Made by a program: the position numbers and the translations under genes
Notes under the pieces: generated by a model
Databases searched by the model: none
The model's input: only the letters and a program-made list of their open reading frames with translations
What the model was told of the DNA's origin: nothing
NCBI RefSeq assembly: GCF_004010195.1
Contig: NC_057719.1
Span: 71,030,153 to 71,090,173, forward strand
Reading direction: 5' to 3'
DNA length: 60,021 bases
DNA from: Chiloscyllium plagiosum
Taxonomy: Eukaryota
Shown: piece by piece, positions 26,010 to 38,293 of the stretch
Position numbering within the stretch: the first letter of the stretch is position 1
Layout: each line of letters opens with the position of its first letter

Positions 26010-26288
26010 TGAAATTGAAAACAAAACACAAAATTCCTATCCAGTTTTGCCAGGATTACAACATTTGCATCTGTATGAAATTCTCCTGTAGATCTGAGCA
26101 GGGTCATTGCCTATACCTTTTAAAGCTATCAATATATTGTATCATGAGAAATCTCAAATCAATATCTAAGTCCCAAACAAAATTTCTGGGCCAGATTTCA
26201 GACTTGGAAGCATGTGTCTTTGTATAAACTTCTGATATTGCTTTTAGATTCCATAGAGTTCTCATTCTAAGTAGATGACAAGATAGAT

Positions 26289-26428
26289 TAGGAGAAAGTG
26301 AGGACTGCAGATGCTGGAGATCAGAGCTGAAAAATGTTTCCTGAAGAAGGGCTTATGCCCGAAACGTCGATTCTCCTGCTCCTTGGATGCTGCCTGACCT
26401 GCTGCGCTTTTCCAGCAACACATTTTTC
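26289..26428. mobile_element. PLE family-A fold-back mini-insertion
   Basis: Antisense end 26291-26337 joined to sense pLTR at CCTGAAGA (26340); 16-bp direct repeat AGATGACAAGATAGAT at 26273-26288 and 26429-26444. Confidence 0.85.
26341..26368 (+). ncRNA. Minimal hammerhead ribozyme-like motif, identical to 50-77
   Basis: CTGAAGAAGGGCTTATGCCCGAAACGTC. Confidence 0.7.
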
Positions 26429-26479
26429 AGATGACAAGATAGATACAAGTTCCGGAGGTTATCTGATTCATATTGGTCA

Positions 26480-26860
26480 TGCATCCCTAATCATCCCAAA
26501 GAGTTCTCATCACTATCTAATTAAGTGACTCAAAGATTTCATTCCAACTCTTATCCCATTCTAAGTGTTGGCTGCTCTACATACTCCTTCAATTCTCTGT
26601 TTGAACATGTCTGATTTTAATTGCTTCATAATTAGCATCAGTTCCTAAGGTCCAAAACTCTGAACTCAGCTTCCTAAGTCACCACATATTTCAATTCCAC
26701 TCTATGCCCTCCTTTCAGATGTTCCTTAAAATGTAGCTATTTATTCAAACTTTTGGTCAACTCTCCATATACTTCCTTAAAACAGTTTAGTGTCAAATTT
26801 TGTTAATAGTGCTTCCGTACTTTATGATAAAGGCACCATATGAATGTTTTTGTTATTATT
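26480..26860 (+). mobile_element. L2-like LINE 3' end, old
   Basis: TCCTTTCAGATGTTCCTTAAAA...CTTTTGGTCA...TGTCAAATTT...TAAAGGCACCATATGAATG. Confidence 0.5.
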
Positions 26861-27119
26861 TGTGTGGAGAAAGCCACCTGAATTTTGTCACACGTTTGCC
26901 ATCTTTGGTTTGGCAGGTAGTAAATCTGAAAGTAGATGCAACATTCCTGACAGCAATGCTACTGCTTTACAATACCAAATTATTTAAGCTTTTTTAAAGT
27001 TTGTTATCATGGGTAGGAGTGATGATCACCCATGTGAACTGATTTCAGCCCCAAATTTTAAGGAAAAGTCTAGGTTTACAATGTGAACTTTGTAGTTGGA
27101 ACAGAACATAAGCAACAGG

Positions 27120-28010
27120 CAGAGCAGAGTTCTGACATTTATGTTGTCTTGCTGAAGGTGATTCTAGAGGCTGCTGGGAGATCTGCTTCCCCATCAGCAG
27201 GATGAAGACATTTGCTGGTTAAACAAAGAAGGTGGCCCTGGAGGTTGCCCATGTGTTGGGAAATAGGAGTGTGGTGCATGCCCATAGTTTCAATGCTAAC
27301 AGTGTTTGAATTATTTGGGCAAGAAAGGTGAATATAGCAGCATTTTCTCCTACATTCTGATGAGTCGATCACTTCTACCCCCTTATTCTGACCTTTTCAA
27401 CCTTTTTCTGGTACATCATTCCTCACATAAACCTACCTTCCAAGTACATTTAATCCATTTTGTGTATGCAATTCCTATCTGTCCATCCATCGCTCTCACA
27501 TCAGGTTGTGCAATATGATGCCTCCCTCTCCTAGTCATTCTCCACAACTATGGGGAGAAAGTGAGGTCTGCAGATGCTGGAGATCAGAGCTGAAAATGTG
27601 TTGCTGGAAAAGCGCAGCAGGTCAGGCAGCATCCAGGGAACAGGAGAATGAAGAAGGGCTTATGCCCAAAACGTCGATTCTCCTGTTCCCTGGATGCTGC
27701 CTGACCTGCTGCGCTTTTCCAGCAACACATTCTCCACAACTATATTCTGCATTACTCTCATTCATGAAATGAGACAACAATGACGATGGCTGGGGGCTAA
27801 AATAATCCAACTAATGCCCACTTCTCTGAACTTTCCCCATACACCGATAAATTATTTCCCTTCAAGCATTTATCCAACCATTTGTGTGTTTCTCCTTTCC
27901 CTCCTACAGATAGAAGGTGAGAATCTTGCTGTGGGTCCCCTCTCTCCTATCCTGCCTCAGATCTGGGAAGAGCAGGATGTTGCTGCTGCTCCAGCTATTC
28001 ATCACCTTGG
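27120..28010 (+). pseudogene. Degraded Myb/SANT-like gene of a PIF/Harbinger transposon (intron-containing)
   Basis: SSDIYVVLLKV...FP...TKKVALEVAHVLGNRSVV resembles Harbinger Myb domains; AAG|GTGAAT donor at about 27328; strong acceptor TTTCTCCTTTCCCTCCTACAG at 27909. Confidence 0.45.
27552..27727. mobile_element. PLE family-A fold-back mini-insertion
   Basis: Perfectly complementary arms (27595-27649 and 27678-27732); 16-bp direct repeat CATTCTCCACAACTAT at 27536-27551 and 27728-27743. Confidence 0.88.
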
Positions 28011-28493
28011 TCATCATTTTGAGACTGAAAGGAAGAGAATATAAACTGCAAAAGTAACCTCCAGAGCTTCAAAGTACGGGGCTGGGATATCAGTGGAAAG
28101 AAGTTGTGCGGTTTTAAAACGTATTGGCATGGTTCCTTGTCATTACTTTAGTTCCCTGAATTGCTGCTGTGTTCTGATCTCACTTTGCTCTTTTAAGTGA
28201 GTATCAAGAAGCCCGGAAAACTCATGGACTTGTATAAAATGCCAAGTAAATATCACTGTAATTCAGCAATTAATCTATTAAAATTGATAACCTATCTCTC
28301 CTGCTCACATACTGCTTTGAACACATTAGTAAAAATATAGAAGTCGGTGATTTGGACCTAGTTTCCAATCACACAATTAATTGCCCTTCTGTGAACCCCT
28401 CATCTGCGCCTGCACGTCAAAATTAGCATGTGGTTTAATTTTAAATAGACTTTCCATACTATTTGTAACCATGTAGACCACTGTAAGACCCCG

Positions 28494-28585
28494 GATTAGA
28501 GTGGTTCTGGAAAAGCACAGCAGGTCAGGCAGCATCCGAGGAGCAGGAAAATCAATGTTTCGGGCAAAAGCCCTTTATCAGGAAT
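28494..28585 (-). mobile_element. PLE family-A pLTR fragment
   Basis: Minus strand CCTGATAAAGGGCTTTTGCCCGAAACATTGATTTTCCTGCTCCTCGGATGCTGCC. Confidence 0.75.
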
Positions 28586-28689
28586 CTGTTGAACCATTTT
28601 CAGGGTTTTAGTATCTTGTCCTTTAGCCTTGATGAATAGTACTTGTTCATCAGCACTTTTGCAAGGTTCCACTCAGTTGTGTTGTAGAG

Positions 28690-28815
28690 TTTTCGTGACA
28701 ACAGTAAATTCTGTATTATAACAGTGACTATAGTTCAAAGGTACATCATTGGCTATGAAAGATTTGAGATATTCTGTGGCCATGAAAAGCATTAAATAAA
28801 TACAAGTCTTTATTT
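28690..28815 (+). mobile_element. Deu-SINE 3' tail remnant
   Basis: ATTATAACAGTGACTATAGTTCAAAGGTACATCATTGGCTATGAAA...ATAAATACAAGTCTTT. Confidence 0.55.
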
Positions 28816-29685
28816 CAACCTTTTCTATGGAAAGGGGTCAAAACAACTAGGAACATCAAGCTCACAGGCTACTGTGCCCTATTAGTAACTTGGCAATTAA
28901 AAATGGTTAAAATACCAAGTCTTCTGATCCTGACTAGATATATCTAAGAACACTGCAATAGGCTAGAAAAGAAATTGTGGGAGCCCTGGCTGATATTTTT
29001 GCATCATCAGAGCCACAGGTGAGGACTCAGAAGCTTGGAGGGTGGCACATGTGCCTTTATACAAGAAGGGTTGCAAAGAAAAACCTGCAAACTAAACATC
29101 AGTGAGGCTAACATCGGCGGTGGGTAAGTTACTTAAGAAGATTCTGAGATAAGATACACATGCATTTGGAGAAACAGGGTTTGATTAAGAGTAGTCAGCA
29201 TGACTTTGTGAGTGGGAGATCATGCCTCACAAATTTGTTCAAGTTCTTTGATGAAGTAACCAGGAAGGTTGATGAGGGCAGGGTCATAGACATAGTCTAT
29301 ATGGATTACAATAAGGCCTTTGATAAGGTTCCATGGGCTGCTGAGGAAGGTTAAATCACATGGAATCCATGGAGAGCTGACAAATTGGATACAAAATTGG
29401 CTTGATTGTAGGAAGCAGAGTGGAAGGATGCTTGTTGGACTGGCAGCCTATGACTAGTGGAGTGCTTCAGGAGACAGTGCTGGGCCCATTACTGTTTGTT
29501 ATCTATATCAGTGATTTGGATGAGAATGTATAAAGCGTGGTTAATACGTTTGCTGATGACACTAAAATAGGTGGTATCGTGGACAGTGAGGAAGGTTATC
29601 AGGAATTGCAGCAGAACATTGATCAGCTGGGGAAGCGGGCCAAGAAATGGAAAATGGAGTTGAATATAGAATATAGATAGATTAT

Positions 29686-30005
29686 GGGCGGCACGGTGGC
29701 ACAGTGGTTAGCACTGCTGCCTCACAGCGCCAGAGACCCGGGTTCAATTCCCGACTCAGGCGACTGTCTGTGTGGAGTTTGCACGTTCTCCCCGTGTCTG
29801 CGTGGGTTTCCTCCGGGTGCTCCGGTTTCCTCCCACAATCCAAAAAATGTGCGGGTCAGGTGAATTGGCCATGCTAAATTGCCCATAGTGTTAGGTTAAA
29901 GGGGTAAATGTAGGGGTATGGGTGGGTTGCGCTTCGGCGGGTCGGTGTGGACTTGTTGGGCCGAAGGGCCTGTTTCCACACTGTAAGTAATCTAATCTAA
30001 TCTAA
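29686..30005 (+). mobile_element. Young full-length HE1-type SINE
   Basis: Intact A/B boxes, CpG-rich V-core, (AATCT)n tail. Confidence 0.95.
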
Positions 30006-30534
30006 TAAGTGTGAGGTCTTGCATTTTGGAAAATCAAATCAAGGCAGGAATTTCATGGTGAATGATAGGGCCTTAAGGAGTGTAATAGAACAGAGGGACC
30101 ATGAAGTTTGGTGCGTGGTTCTCTGAAAGTGGAGTCACAGGTAGACAGGGCTGTGAAGAAGGCTTTTGGCACACGGGCCTTCATCAGTTAGGGTATTGAG
30201 TATAGAAGTTAGGAAGTTATATTGCAGTTGTACAGGGCTAGGCCGCACTTGGAGAATTGTGTTCAGTTTGGTCACCTTGTTATAGGATGGATGTTATTAA
30301 ACTAGAAAGAGTGCAGAAGAAATTGACAAGGATGTTGTCAGGACTCAAGGGACTGAGTTATAGGAAGAGATTGGACAAGCTAGGATTTCTTTCTTTAGAG
30401 CGTAGGGGATTTTGGTGGGATCTTATAGAAGTGTATAAGATCATGAGAGGCATGGTTAGGGTGAATGCACTCAGTCTTTTTCCCAGGGTTTGGGGAATCA
30501 AGGACTAGAGGGCATCAGTATGTGGGCGGTTTGT

Positions 30535-30849
30535 GGGCGGCACGGTGGCGCAGTGGTTAGCACTGCTGCCTCACAGCGCCAGAGACCCGGGTTCAATTCC
30601 CGACTCAGGCGACTGACTGTGTGGAGTTTGCACGTTCTCCCCGTGTCTGCGTGGGTTTCCTCCGGGTGCTCCGGTTTCCTCCCACAGTCACAAAGATGTG
30701 CGGGTCAGGTGAATTGGCCATGCTAAATTGCCCGTAGTGTTAGGTTAAAGGGGTAAATGTAGGGGTATGGGTGGGTTGCGCTTCGGCGGGTCGGTGTGGA
30801 CTTGTTGGGCCGAAGGGCCTGTTTCCACACTGTAAGTAATCTAATCTAA
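30535..30849 (+). mobile_element. Young full-length HE1-type SINE
   Basis: Differs from 29686-30005 at only a handful of positions; candidate TSD AGTATG at 30517-30522 and 30849-30854. Confidence 0.95.
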
Positions 30850-31367
30850 GTATGAGTGGAGAGGGGAAAGAATAAAAGAGAACCTGAGGGGCAGCTTTTT
30901 TTATACAGAGGGTGGTGTGCATATGGAATGAGTTGCCAGCAGAAGTGATTGAGATGGATAAATTAACAACATTTAAAAGACATTTGGACAATGCATGGAT
31001 AGGAATGGTTTAGAAGGACATGGGACAAGTGCAGGGAAATAGGATTAGCGTGGATTGACATTTTGGTTAGCATGGACCAGTTTGGGCCAAAGGGCCTGTC
31101 TCCGTGTTGTAGGATTCTATGACTGTATCAAAAGGGTGGTTTGGTACAGTCCAGGAGTATATTTTTCTAGTCAGTTTTACTTCAATTTACATGATATTGT
31201 CAAACTCTAACTCCATGGATTACTTGTTCACACACATATATCTGTATGTACAGTCAAGGTCTCTCCTGATTATCCCTTAATACATTTTGCGAATATACAT
31301 TTGGTCTCAAACATTCCCCTGGATCCTACCATATTACAGATACCATTGTTTCTTTCCAAAATAACTA

Positions 31368-31590
31368 AAGATAAAGTTGCCATAGTCTTACCAGACCATA
31401 GGGCTGCTACTCTTATTAGAAAAAGATGACTGGTGATTGTTTAACCTGAGGGTCACCATACCTCAGGAAAGGGGTATGTTACGAAGGAACATTCTTCACG
31501 GTAACCTCAACTGAAATGGGAACCGAATCCATGGCATTGTCAAACTTTGTATTGCAAATGAGCCACCCAGATAACTGAGCCAAACTGAAC
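31368..31590 (-). mobile_element. tRNA-derived SINE, third family
   Basis: Minus strand TGGCTCAGTT head, GTGACCCTCAGGTTAAAC body, GACTATGGCAACTTTA tail; homologous to 50705-50900. Confidence 0.7.
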
Positions 31591-32254
31591 TCCAGAATCA
31601 ATAAAATATGTGTAAAGACAAACAAAACAAAAACATGCAAAATGACAACATATTGTGCAGAATGATTACAAAATGAACACACATTTTAAGTACAAATTTA
31701 AGTTCCAAACATCCTATGAAGTGTCTCTTGTAGTTTCTTAGCGATTGTTCCATGCCTTGTAAAGCAAACAAGAACTGTCCTGACTGTCCTATCCAACTAA
31801 TTTAGGTTTCACTACACTCCAATATCTCTTTTAAGACTGTAATTTCCTCAGTCCGTCTTTCTCAGACTTGCCCAAATACCCTGTCAAGACTCACTTAGGA
31901 GAATATGTTGCTATTGAGTCCTCCTGATCTGAGTTGCTGCAGTGTTGAAAATTTAAGTAAATTATTAAAGTTCAATTTGCCTGACTGTCTGTCTGATTCA
32001 GGTTAAAAGAAGTATTAGGATTTTTGTGATACTTCTTTTGTTGTAACCAAACTAATTTTTTTAACTTACAGCAATGAAAGCGAAGAAGGAAGTTTTAAGT
32101 TATAACGATATACCTTAAAATTGATCTCTTATAAATTCCCACACATGTACAACAGACACACAGAGACAGACAAGACACAAGTATGAGAGAAAAAAAGTCA
32201 ACAGAACACAGTTTTGTATCTCTAGTGTAAATCACAAAACTTATTGGATAGTTT

Positions 32255-32960
32255 TCATAATGATCATGACTTACTTAAGAAATTAGTATAATTCGAGCTC
32301 CACTATTCTCAGAGGCATCACAACAGTTCAAGATTTAATTGAATTATTCAAAGTGCCTGTGTCTTCTGTCTGATAAATGCAGGTAACAGAGAAAACTGAC
32401 CAGGTTTCTACACTTAACATCAAACTACTATTTATTACAAATAAATCCATTCTACCTACAGGCAAAAAAATGTGAATAATCAGCTTATAATTCTAAACCT
32501 TCTTAAACCCACATACACATGCAAACAGACATAAAGGATAATACGTAAATGTTATGAGTGGAGAACAAAATATTAAGGGAAACAGTTCAATAGCACCAGT
32601 CCACAGGGTACAACAAGGTATATTTTTTGTTTCTTCTGAGTCTTTATGATCTTCGATCAGCATAATCCTTTCAACTCTTTTCAGTTCCTTGCTATGTACA
32701 TAAGACAGTTGACACATTAATTGTTCAGGCTGTCAGTCACAGCTTTGAGTTAAATAGTGACTAATAATAGATAGTCTTCTTTCAGTTTGTTGTTATGTCT
32801 CAGCAAGGAGAGATAGATAGCATCTTTTTAGATCATAGAGGTATTTTTGTGTTGTATTTTTCACACATGTGCTGTCCACCATCCAGGATCCAATCAGAGA
32901 ATTGTTATCATGCTGCTGATCCCTGCCCCACACAACAAGCTAATCAATAGGCTGATCTTC
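32255..32960 (-). mobile_element. Solo-LTR-like repeat
   Basis: Minus strand AATAAATAGTAG...GTAGAAACCTGGTCAG...CTGAGAATAG matches 51530-51660 in antisense. Confidence 0.45.
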
Positions 32961-33729
32961 CCAGAGTATTCTCTGAGATGCTGATGCCCAGCGTCCAACA
33001 TGGAAGTCATTTGGAGTGAGTGGTGAGTTCAACCTGCCGAGCACCCACTCTGATTTCCATATTGGGTTTACATGATATCTGCATTGTTGGGTGAGTCTAG
33101 TAAGGTTACTACTGAAATATTAATGAGGTGAGTTGGGTACTCAACAAGGACCTTAAGAACCATCAGTTGGCAACTCACTGGGAGTGGCATGAAAGTTGCC
33201 ACTCTCCTTGTGCAAAGCTTTGAAGATGTGGCAGGATGATCTCAGCATCAAGATGCACTTCACACACTTTCTTGATTCTGCCACACAACTTGCATCGCCC
33301 ATATCACGCAGACCCCAATAAGGTTCTACTCCGCTTAATTAATGGAACTTTAATATTGCAGCCTCTGCAAAAAAGAACATAGATACAGTCAATTGAGAAG
33401 AGGTCTTAACGAGTTCTTTTTTGCTAGAAGAGATCAATATACATCTTCAAATTAAATTGCAAAATCCAAATTTCAGACTGAGCAATGCAGTTTTCACTGC
33501 GGTGATGTTTGGCTGAATAAATGGTCAGAATGTCACAGCAGCCACTTTTTCTCGTAATTGGAGAAACAGGAAAAAAAAACAAGTGCTCAGGATGTCTTTG
33601 AGGCTTCATGATAAAATTCAATTCATTTTCAATTTCAGTGCCAGCGATTTATTTTCAATAAAGCTCTGAGGAGAGTGATTTTTTGGGGAAGCCTTTTGTC
33701 ATTCAGAAAATAAAGCTTCATTCCTCAGA

Positions 33730-33905
33730 CAAAAGCAAAATAGTGCAGATGCTGTAAATCTGAAATGAGCCATAACAAAAACTGTAAAAACTCAGTAGGT
33801 CATGCATCATCTGCCAAACGAAACAGAGTAAGGTTACTGATAAGAAGCATTAACTCTGTTTTACTCCCTAGATGCTGCCTGACCTCTTGACTTTTTTCGG
33901 CTTTT
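33730..33905. mobile_element. Old PLE family-D inverted terminal pair
   Basis: AAAAGCAAAATAGTGCAGATGCTG arm followed by TAACTCTGTT..AGATGCTGCCTGACCT arm. Confidence 0.5.
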
Positions 33906-33924
33906 ATTGTTATGATTGACAACA

Positions 33925-34345
33925 ACGCTTAAGAAGCTTGACACCATCCAGGACAAAGGATTCTGTTTGACTGACACCACATCCACAAGCTTCCACTCCT
34001 TCCCTGACTGACAGTCATTCACAGAAGTGTGTACTATCTACAAGAGCCATTGCAGAAATTCACCAAAGATCCTAAGACAGCATCTTCCAAATCCATAACC
34101 ACTTGCAGAGCACCACCACCTCGCCAAGTTCCTCTCCAAGCCATTCACCATTCTGACTTGGAAATCTTTAGCTGTTCCTTCATTGTCACCAGGTTCAAAT
34201 CCTGGAATTCCCTCCCTCCATCACGTGCCAATAGCAGTTCAAGAAGGCTGGTTGCCACCACCGGCTCAAGGGCAACTGGGGATGGGCAATAAATGCTGGC
34301 CAGCCAACGATGCTCATGTCCCACAAGTCAATCAATAAAAAAACT
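33925..34345 (+). mobile_element. 3' end of the 9.5-kb LINE family
   Basis: LKKLDTIQDK coding remnant; CAAGGGCAACTGGGGATGGGCAATAAATGCTGGCC...AATAAAAAAA. Confidence 0.8.
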
Positions 34346-36500
34346 CCTCAAAGCAGGGATACAGAAGAGAAAATATTACCTTGGTCATTATCAAGTGCAA
34401 TATGTCAAAAATGAAATAGTTACGAATTGTGGATATCTTACTTGATGATGCATGTTTTTAAAACATGTAATCAATACACTTATATGAAAGGTAAAATTCT
34501 GAGGGAGAGAAACTTAGTTTACATTAGCCACATCTTGGGTGTAAATTTGGATTAAAAGCTTTGAATTTTAAGTTGTGAATATCCAGCATTGGTGCAGAAG
34601 GATGAGGAGGAGACCTTTAAGTCACATGCTGATATGTTCAGCTGCTGGAGGAAATGAACAAAGGAGGGCGGGGTGTAAGCAAGCTCATATCAACTGAGTC
34701 TGCAGCAATAAGACCATCTTTGCGGCATATAACTGAGGAGCAATACCTCTGGCATTTCGACTTTCAAGGGAGTCTGTTGGAGAATAACGTTAAATGCAAA
34801 TTTTAATTTTGTTCCTTTCAACTGGTTTAGGTGCAAGTTGAATGGCTACCTGTATGAATGATCTGTCGCATGAGTCTAGTCAGTGGCCATCAAAATGCAT
34901 TGTATTAAATATTGTATCAGCATTGTCAAAAGCATCTCTGCTCAAATAGCTACTGAAGAAAACTTAAATTTAACATTTCCCCTGCAATATACATCAGAAT
35001 GTCTTGAACATTGGATGGTCTTTTTGTAGAATCCTCTTTTTAAAGCATATTTTTGAAACCATTGACTGTATTTGTTAAAACAAGTCTTTCAGTGTCATCT
35101 TCCTTTCACTGATTCAAGGAACTTTTTGAAATTAAATACATACTCTGGAATTTCTTTCAAACATTAAGTTCCAGTGAGATGCTGCGCTCGAAGAAATATG
35201 ATCGCCAATGATATACTGTAAATTCCTTTGTACATTTTGACGACAATAATACTTCCTTCTATATCTTTCATCAAACTGTCAATAAATTGACATTTGTAAT
35301 GTGGAGTGAAAGTTTTTTTGTCAAAACTTGCAAGACCGAGTTCAGTTTTCATGGGTGGAGAATTTAAAGGTCAACAGAGCAGCCTATTGGCTTTAGAACT
35401 TTTACAAAGTCAATATATTACCTGATTTTAAAGTGTACACAAAAGCTACTTTAGAGATGATTATGTGTGTTTTATTGTGACTTCATAGTAATGGTCGTCT
35501 TTGATGTTTTTTGAAAGGTGAGACCAGCATTAGGTAGTTTGCCTGGGGGTTACCATTGAAAAACTTTACATGATGCACAGAGCTCAAACAGCTCATAAGG
35601 AACAATAGTTCCTTACATACATTATTATAACCCATCAGTCATTTGTTTACATTATATCTGAGAAGTTGAACTAGGGTTTGTCAACTTTCTTTGTTGGGGT
35701 AATGAAACAATAGGCACAACAAGGTTCAGGATCAAATTCTTGCAGTGAGTCTCTTGCCACAGGTTATAAATAAGGTAGTTTTGATACCTGATAGATATTT
35801 AAAAGCCTTATTTTCTGAAGTGCACCTTATTCATTCGTCAGAATTCTGAATGGGTCATGTTCATAACGTTTTCCTCTCATCTGCTTGATATAAGGATTAT
35901 TTGACATTTGATGGACTGTAATTATATAAATTAGTGTTAACAGCTTAGACCTACCCAGATGTTTCAAACATTATTTCATACAACAGCAATTCTTAGGATA
36001 AGGAGGTCACTTGTATTGGCACACATGTCGAAAATAAACGTAAAAGTAGATTTTTCAGGCTAACGTAATTTATATAACTAATTAAAATAATTTAAAGCCA
36101 GATTTTACAGTCAGTCTCGGCTCAGTCTTTTTCCCAACATTAATTTGAGTCTGACACCAAGTCTTGGGATCTCCAAGCATCAGCAACAGTAAAGTCATCA
36201 AGCAGGATGTAAGCCATTTCCAATGTAGAATTCTTAGGCAATAAAACAGGAAGTAAAATGTAATGATTATCATTCACTTTTAATTGAACCCTTTGTAATG
36301 AAAATGAAGCATATATATTAGATGTATTAAAACAAGCTTCTAAAATTATTAATAAATTAATGAATTCTTACCATATTGTGGAACAAAGCAGCACTACAAT
36401 AAAGATATTGTTCAACAGCAGTTATGCTTCAATGCGCAATTAAAAATCCACATACGCCTCATTAACAAGAGATTATTGGGGGTGGGGGCTGCAGTAAATG

Positions 36501-36648
36501 ATTAGATTTCCTACAATGTGGAAACAGGCCCTTTGACCCCGGGGATAATGTGCAAACTCCACACAGACAGTCGCCCGAGGCAGGAATTGAACCCAGGTCC
36601 CTGGCGCTGTGAGGTAGCAGTGCTAACCATTGGGCCACCATGCCACCC
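36501..36648 (-). mobile_element. Internally deleted HE1-type SINE
   Basis: Head and start of V-core fused directly to the 3' tail. Confidence 0.85.
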
Positions 36649-38293
36649 AGAAATTTTGATTTACAGTGTAAAAGATGACATTCTTGTCAGTCAGCAATTT
36701 CCAAAAGATAACTGTTTATGGGAACTTCAACAGCATCATCTGTGGAGGAGCAGGGAATCGCTCTCAGAAGCTTCTGGATTTCAGTGTTTAACTGCACTTT
36801 TGAGGACCTCCGAGGTTGCTGTCAGATTCACAGCAACTGACCGTTTCATAGTCATCACAACTGCAAACTCCAGGCCATCATTTACCTCAGCTACTGGCAT
36901 TATATGCACGTGATACCTTGTGTAAAGTACTGTTGCAAAAGCACATCCATAACTTCTTCAAGTAACAAAATAACTACCAGACTGCAGTATAGAACCCATT
37001 CTGACGGGCATAAGAATTTCCTTGTTACCCTCACAAATGTAGGTGGAAACCTGTAAAATCAATTTACATTCAAAAAGGGTGGAATCATTTGCATTGTTGC
37101 TTTATATATATATATATCATTGCATGCCCTTAATGAGACTAACTCTAGCATATATGTAAATTAGTATCTTTGCATGAGATCCATTTCTCAAAATAGTTAC
37201 CTTGTTACTGTTTCTGTTGTGCTTATTCTGTGTGAAGAATATGTCTCAGAGTACCTGACAAGGCAGCGCATACTCAACAGGGAAGAAGGATGAGGTTAGA
37301 AAGGAGACAAAAGCACTGTTAAAAAATAGCATTTCAAGGAAGCTTGTGAAACAAAGGAGATGTCAAAATGACGCTGCTAAGGGACGATGTTCCAGTTTGA
37401 ATTTGGAGTCAGCTGGTATTTATGGATCAAGGAATGAGAAGAGAAACCCCAAAAGGATGAAGGATACAGTGTTCAGAATGCATGTTGGTGGGGATTGCTA
37501 ATAAAGAAGGGGATACATAAAGGTGTAAGAACAGATTTTACCCAAAAATATCAGTGCGTTTAATCTGTTATGATAGTTCTTAAATTAGCTGGAATTCGTA
37601 CAAATGCTCCAATATTTCGATATAAGAAAATCTGAAAAATGTGCAAGTCAAATCTCCTGTCTCATGGCTTGTGCAGCTCATGTCTGAATTAAAAGACACT
37701 GAAGATGACAATTGTTTTGTTTTAAAATAAGTATTTGCTTAATCTGATTGAAACACATTCTTTATTTCCATCCTACATTTTTCTCATGTACAAGGGTAGT
37801 TCAAGCGCTGCTTTAATCTCAGCTGCACAAGTCTGCTTTAACTTGCAGTTGGCTTCACAGTTCACATCCTCCTGTCCCATTAAGATTTGGAATAGATTGA
37901 AGCTAGTCTTTAAATCTGTTGCTCACACAAATAGATATCAATAAGAAATTTTTGTCTCTGTTTAGACAAATTCAGAAAGTAAAAGGTGAAACAAAAGAGC
38001 AAGCCACATTAAAATATTATGAGTAAAAATTAATATTTTTAAAACATTTATTGTAATAGAAACATTTGATTCTGTAATTTAATGCTGATGTATCTATTTT
38101 TGACTTGAGTTTGAGCATTTGAACCAGATAAGGAGGGGTGAATCAGACCGCTTGTTCTTACCTGTCTAGTTAGCCACAACAAATATTTACTGCAGCAGTC
38201 ATTCATCAGGTTTTTTTTGAATTATAAAAGAAACACTGCAAAACAATAATAAACACATGATGTCAAACCTTTAGCCTTTGGACAATTACGTCT

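Larger units (their letters stand above)
28940..31124 (+). mobile_element. 5'-truncated CR1 LINE (RT to 3' UTR), disabled, hosting two SINEs
   Basis: SQHDFVSGRSCLTNL, DYNKAFDKVP, FADDTKIGG, KLERVQKK, DLIEVYKIMRG; 3' UTR ...GTAGGATTCTATGA. Confidence 0.92.

Noticed and set aside
29686..29760. tRNA gene
   Set aside because: A/B boxes belong to a SINE head that continues into the V-core; same for the other copies
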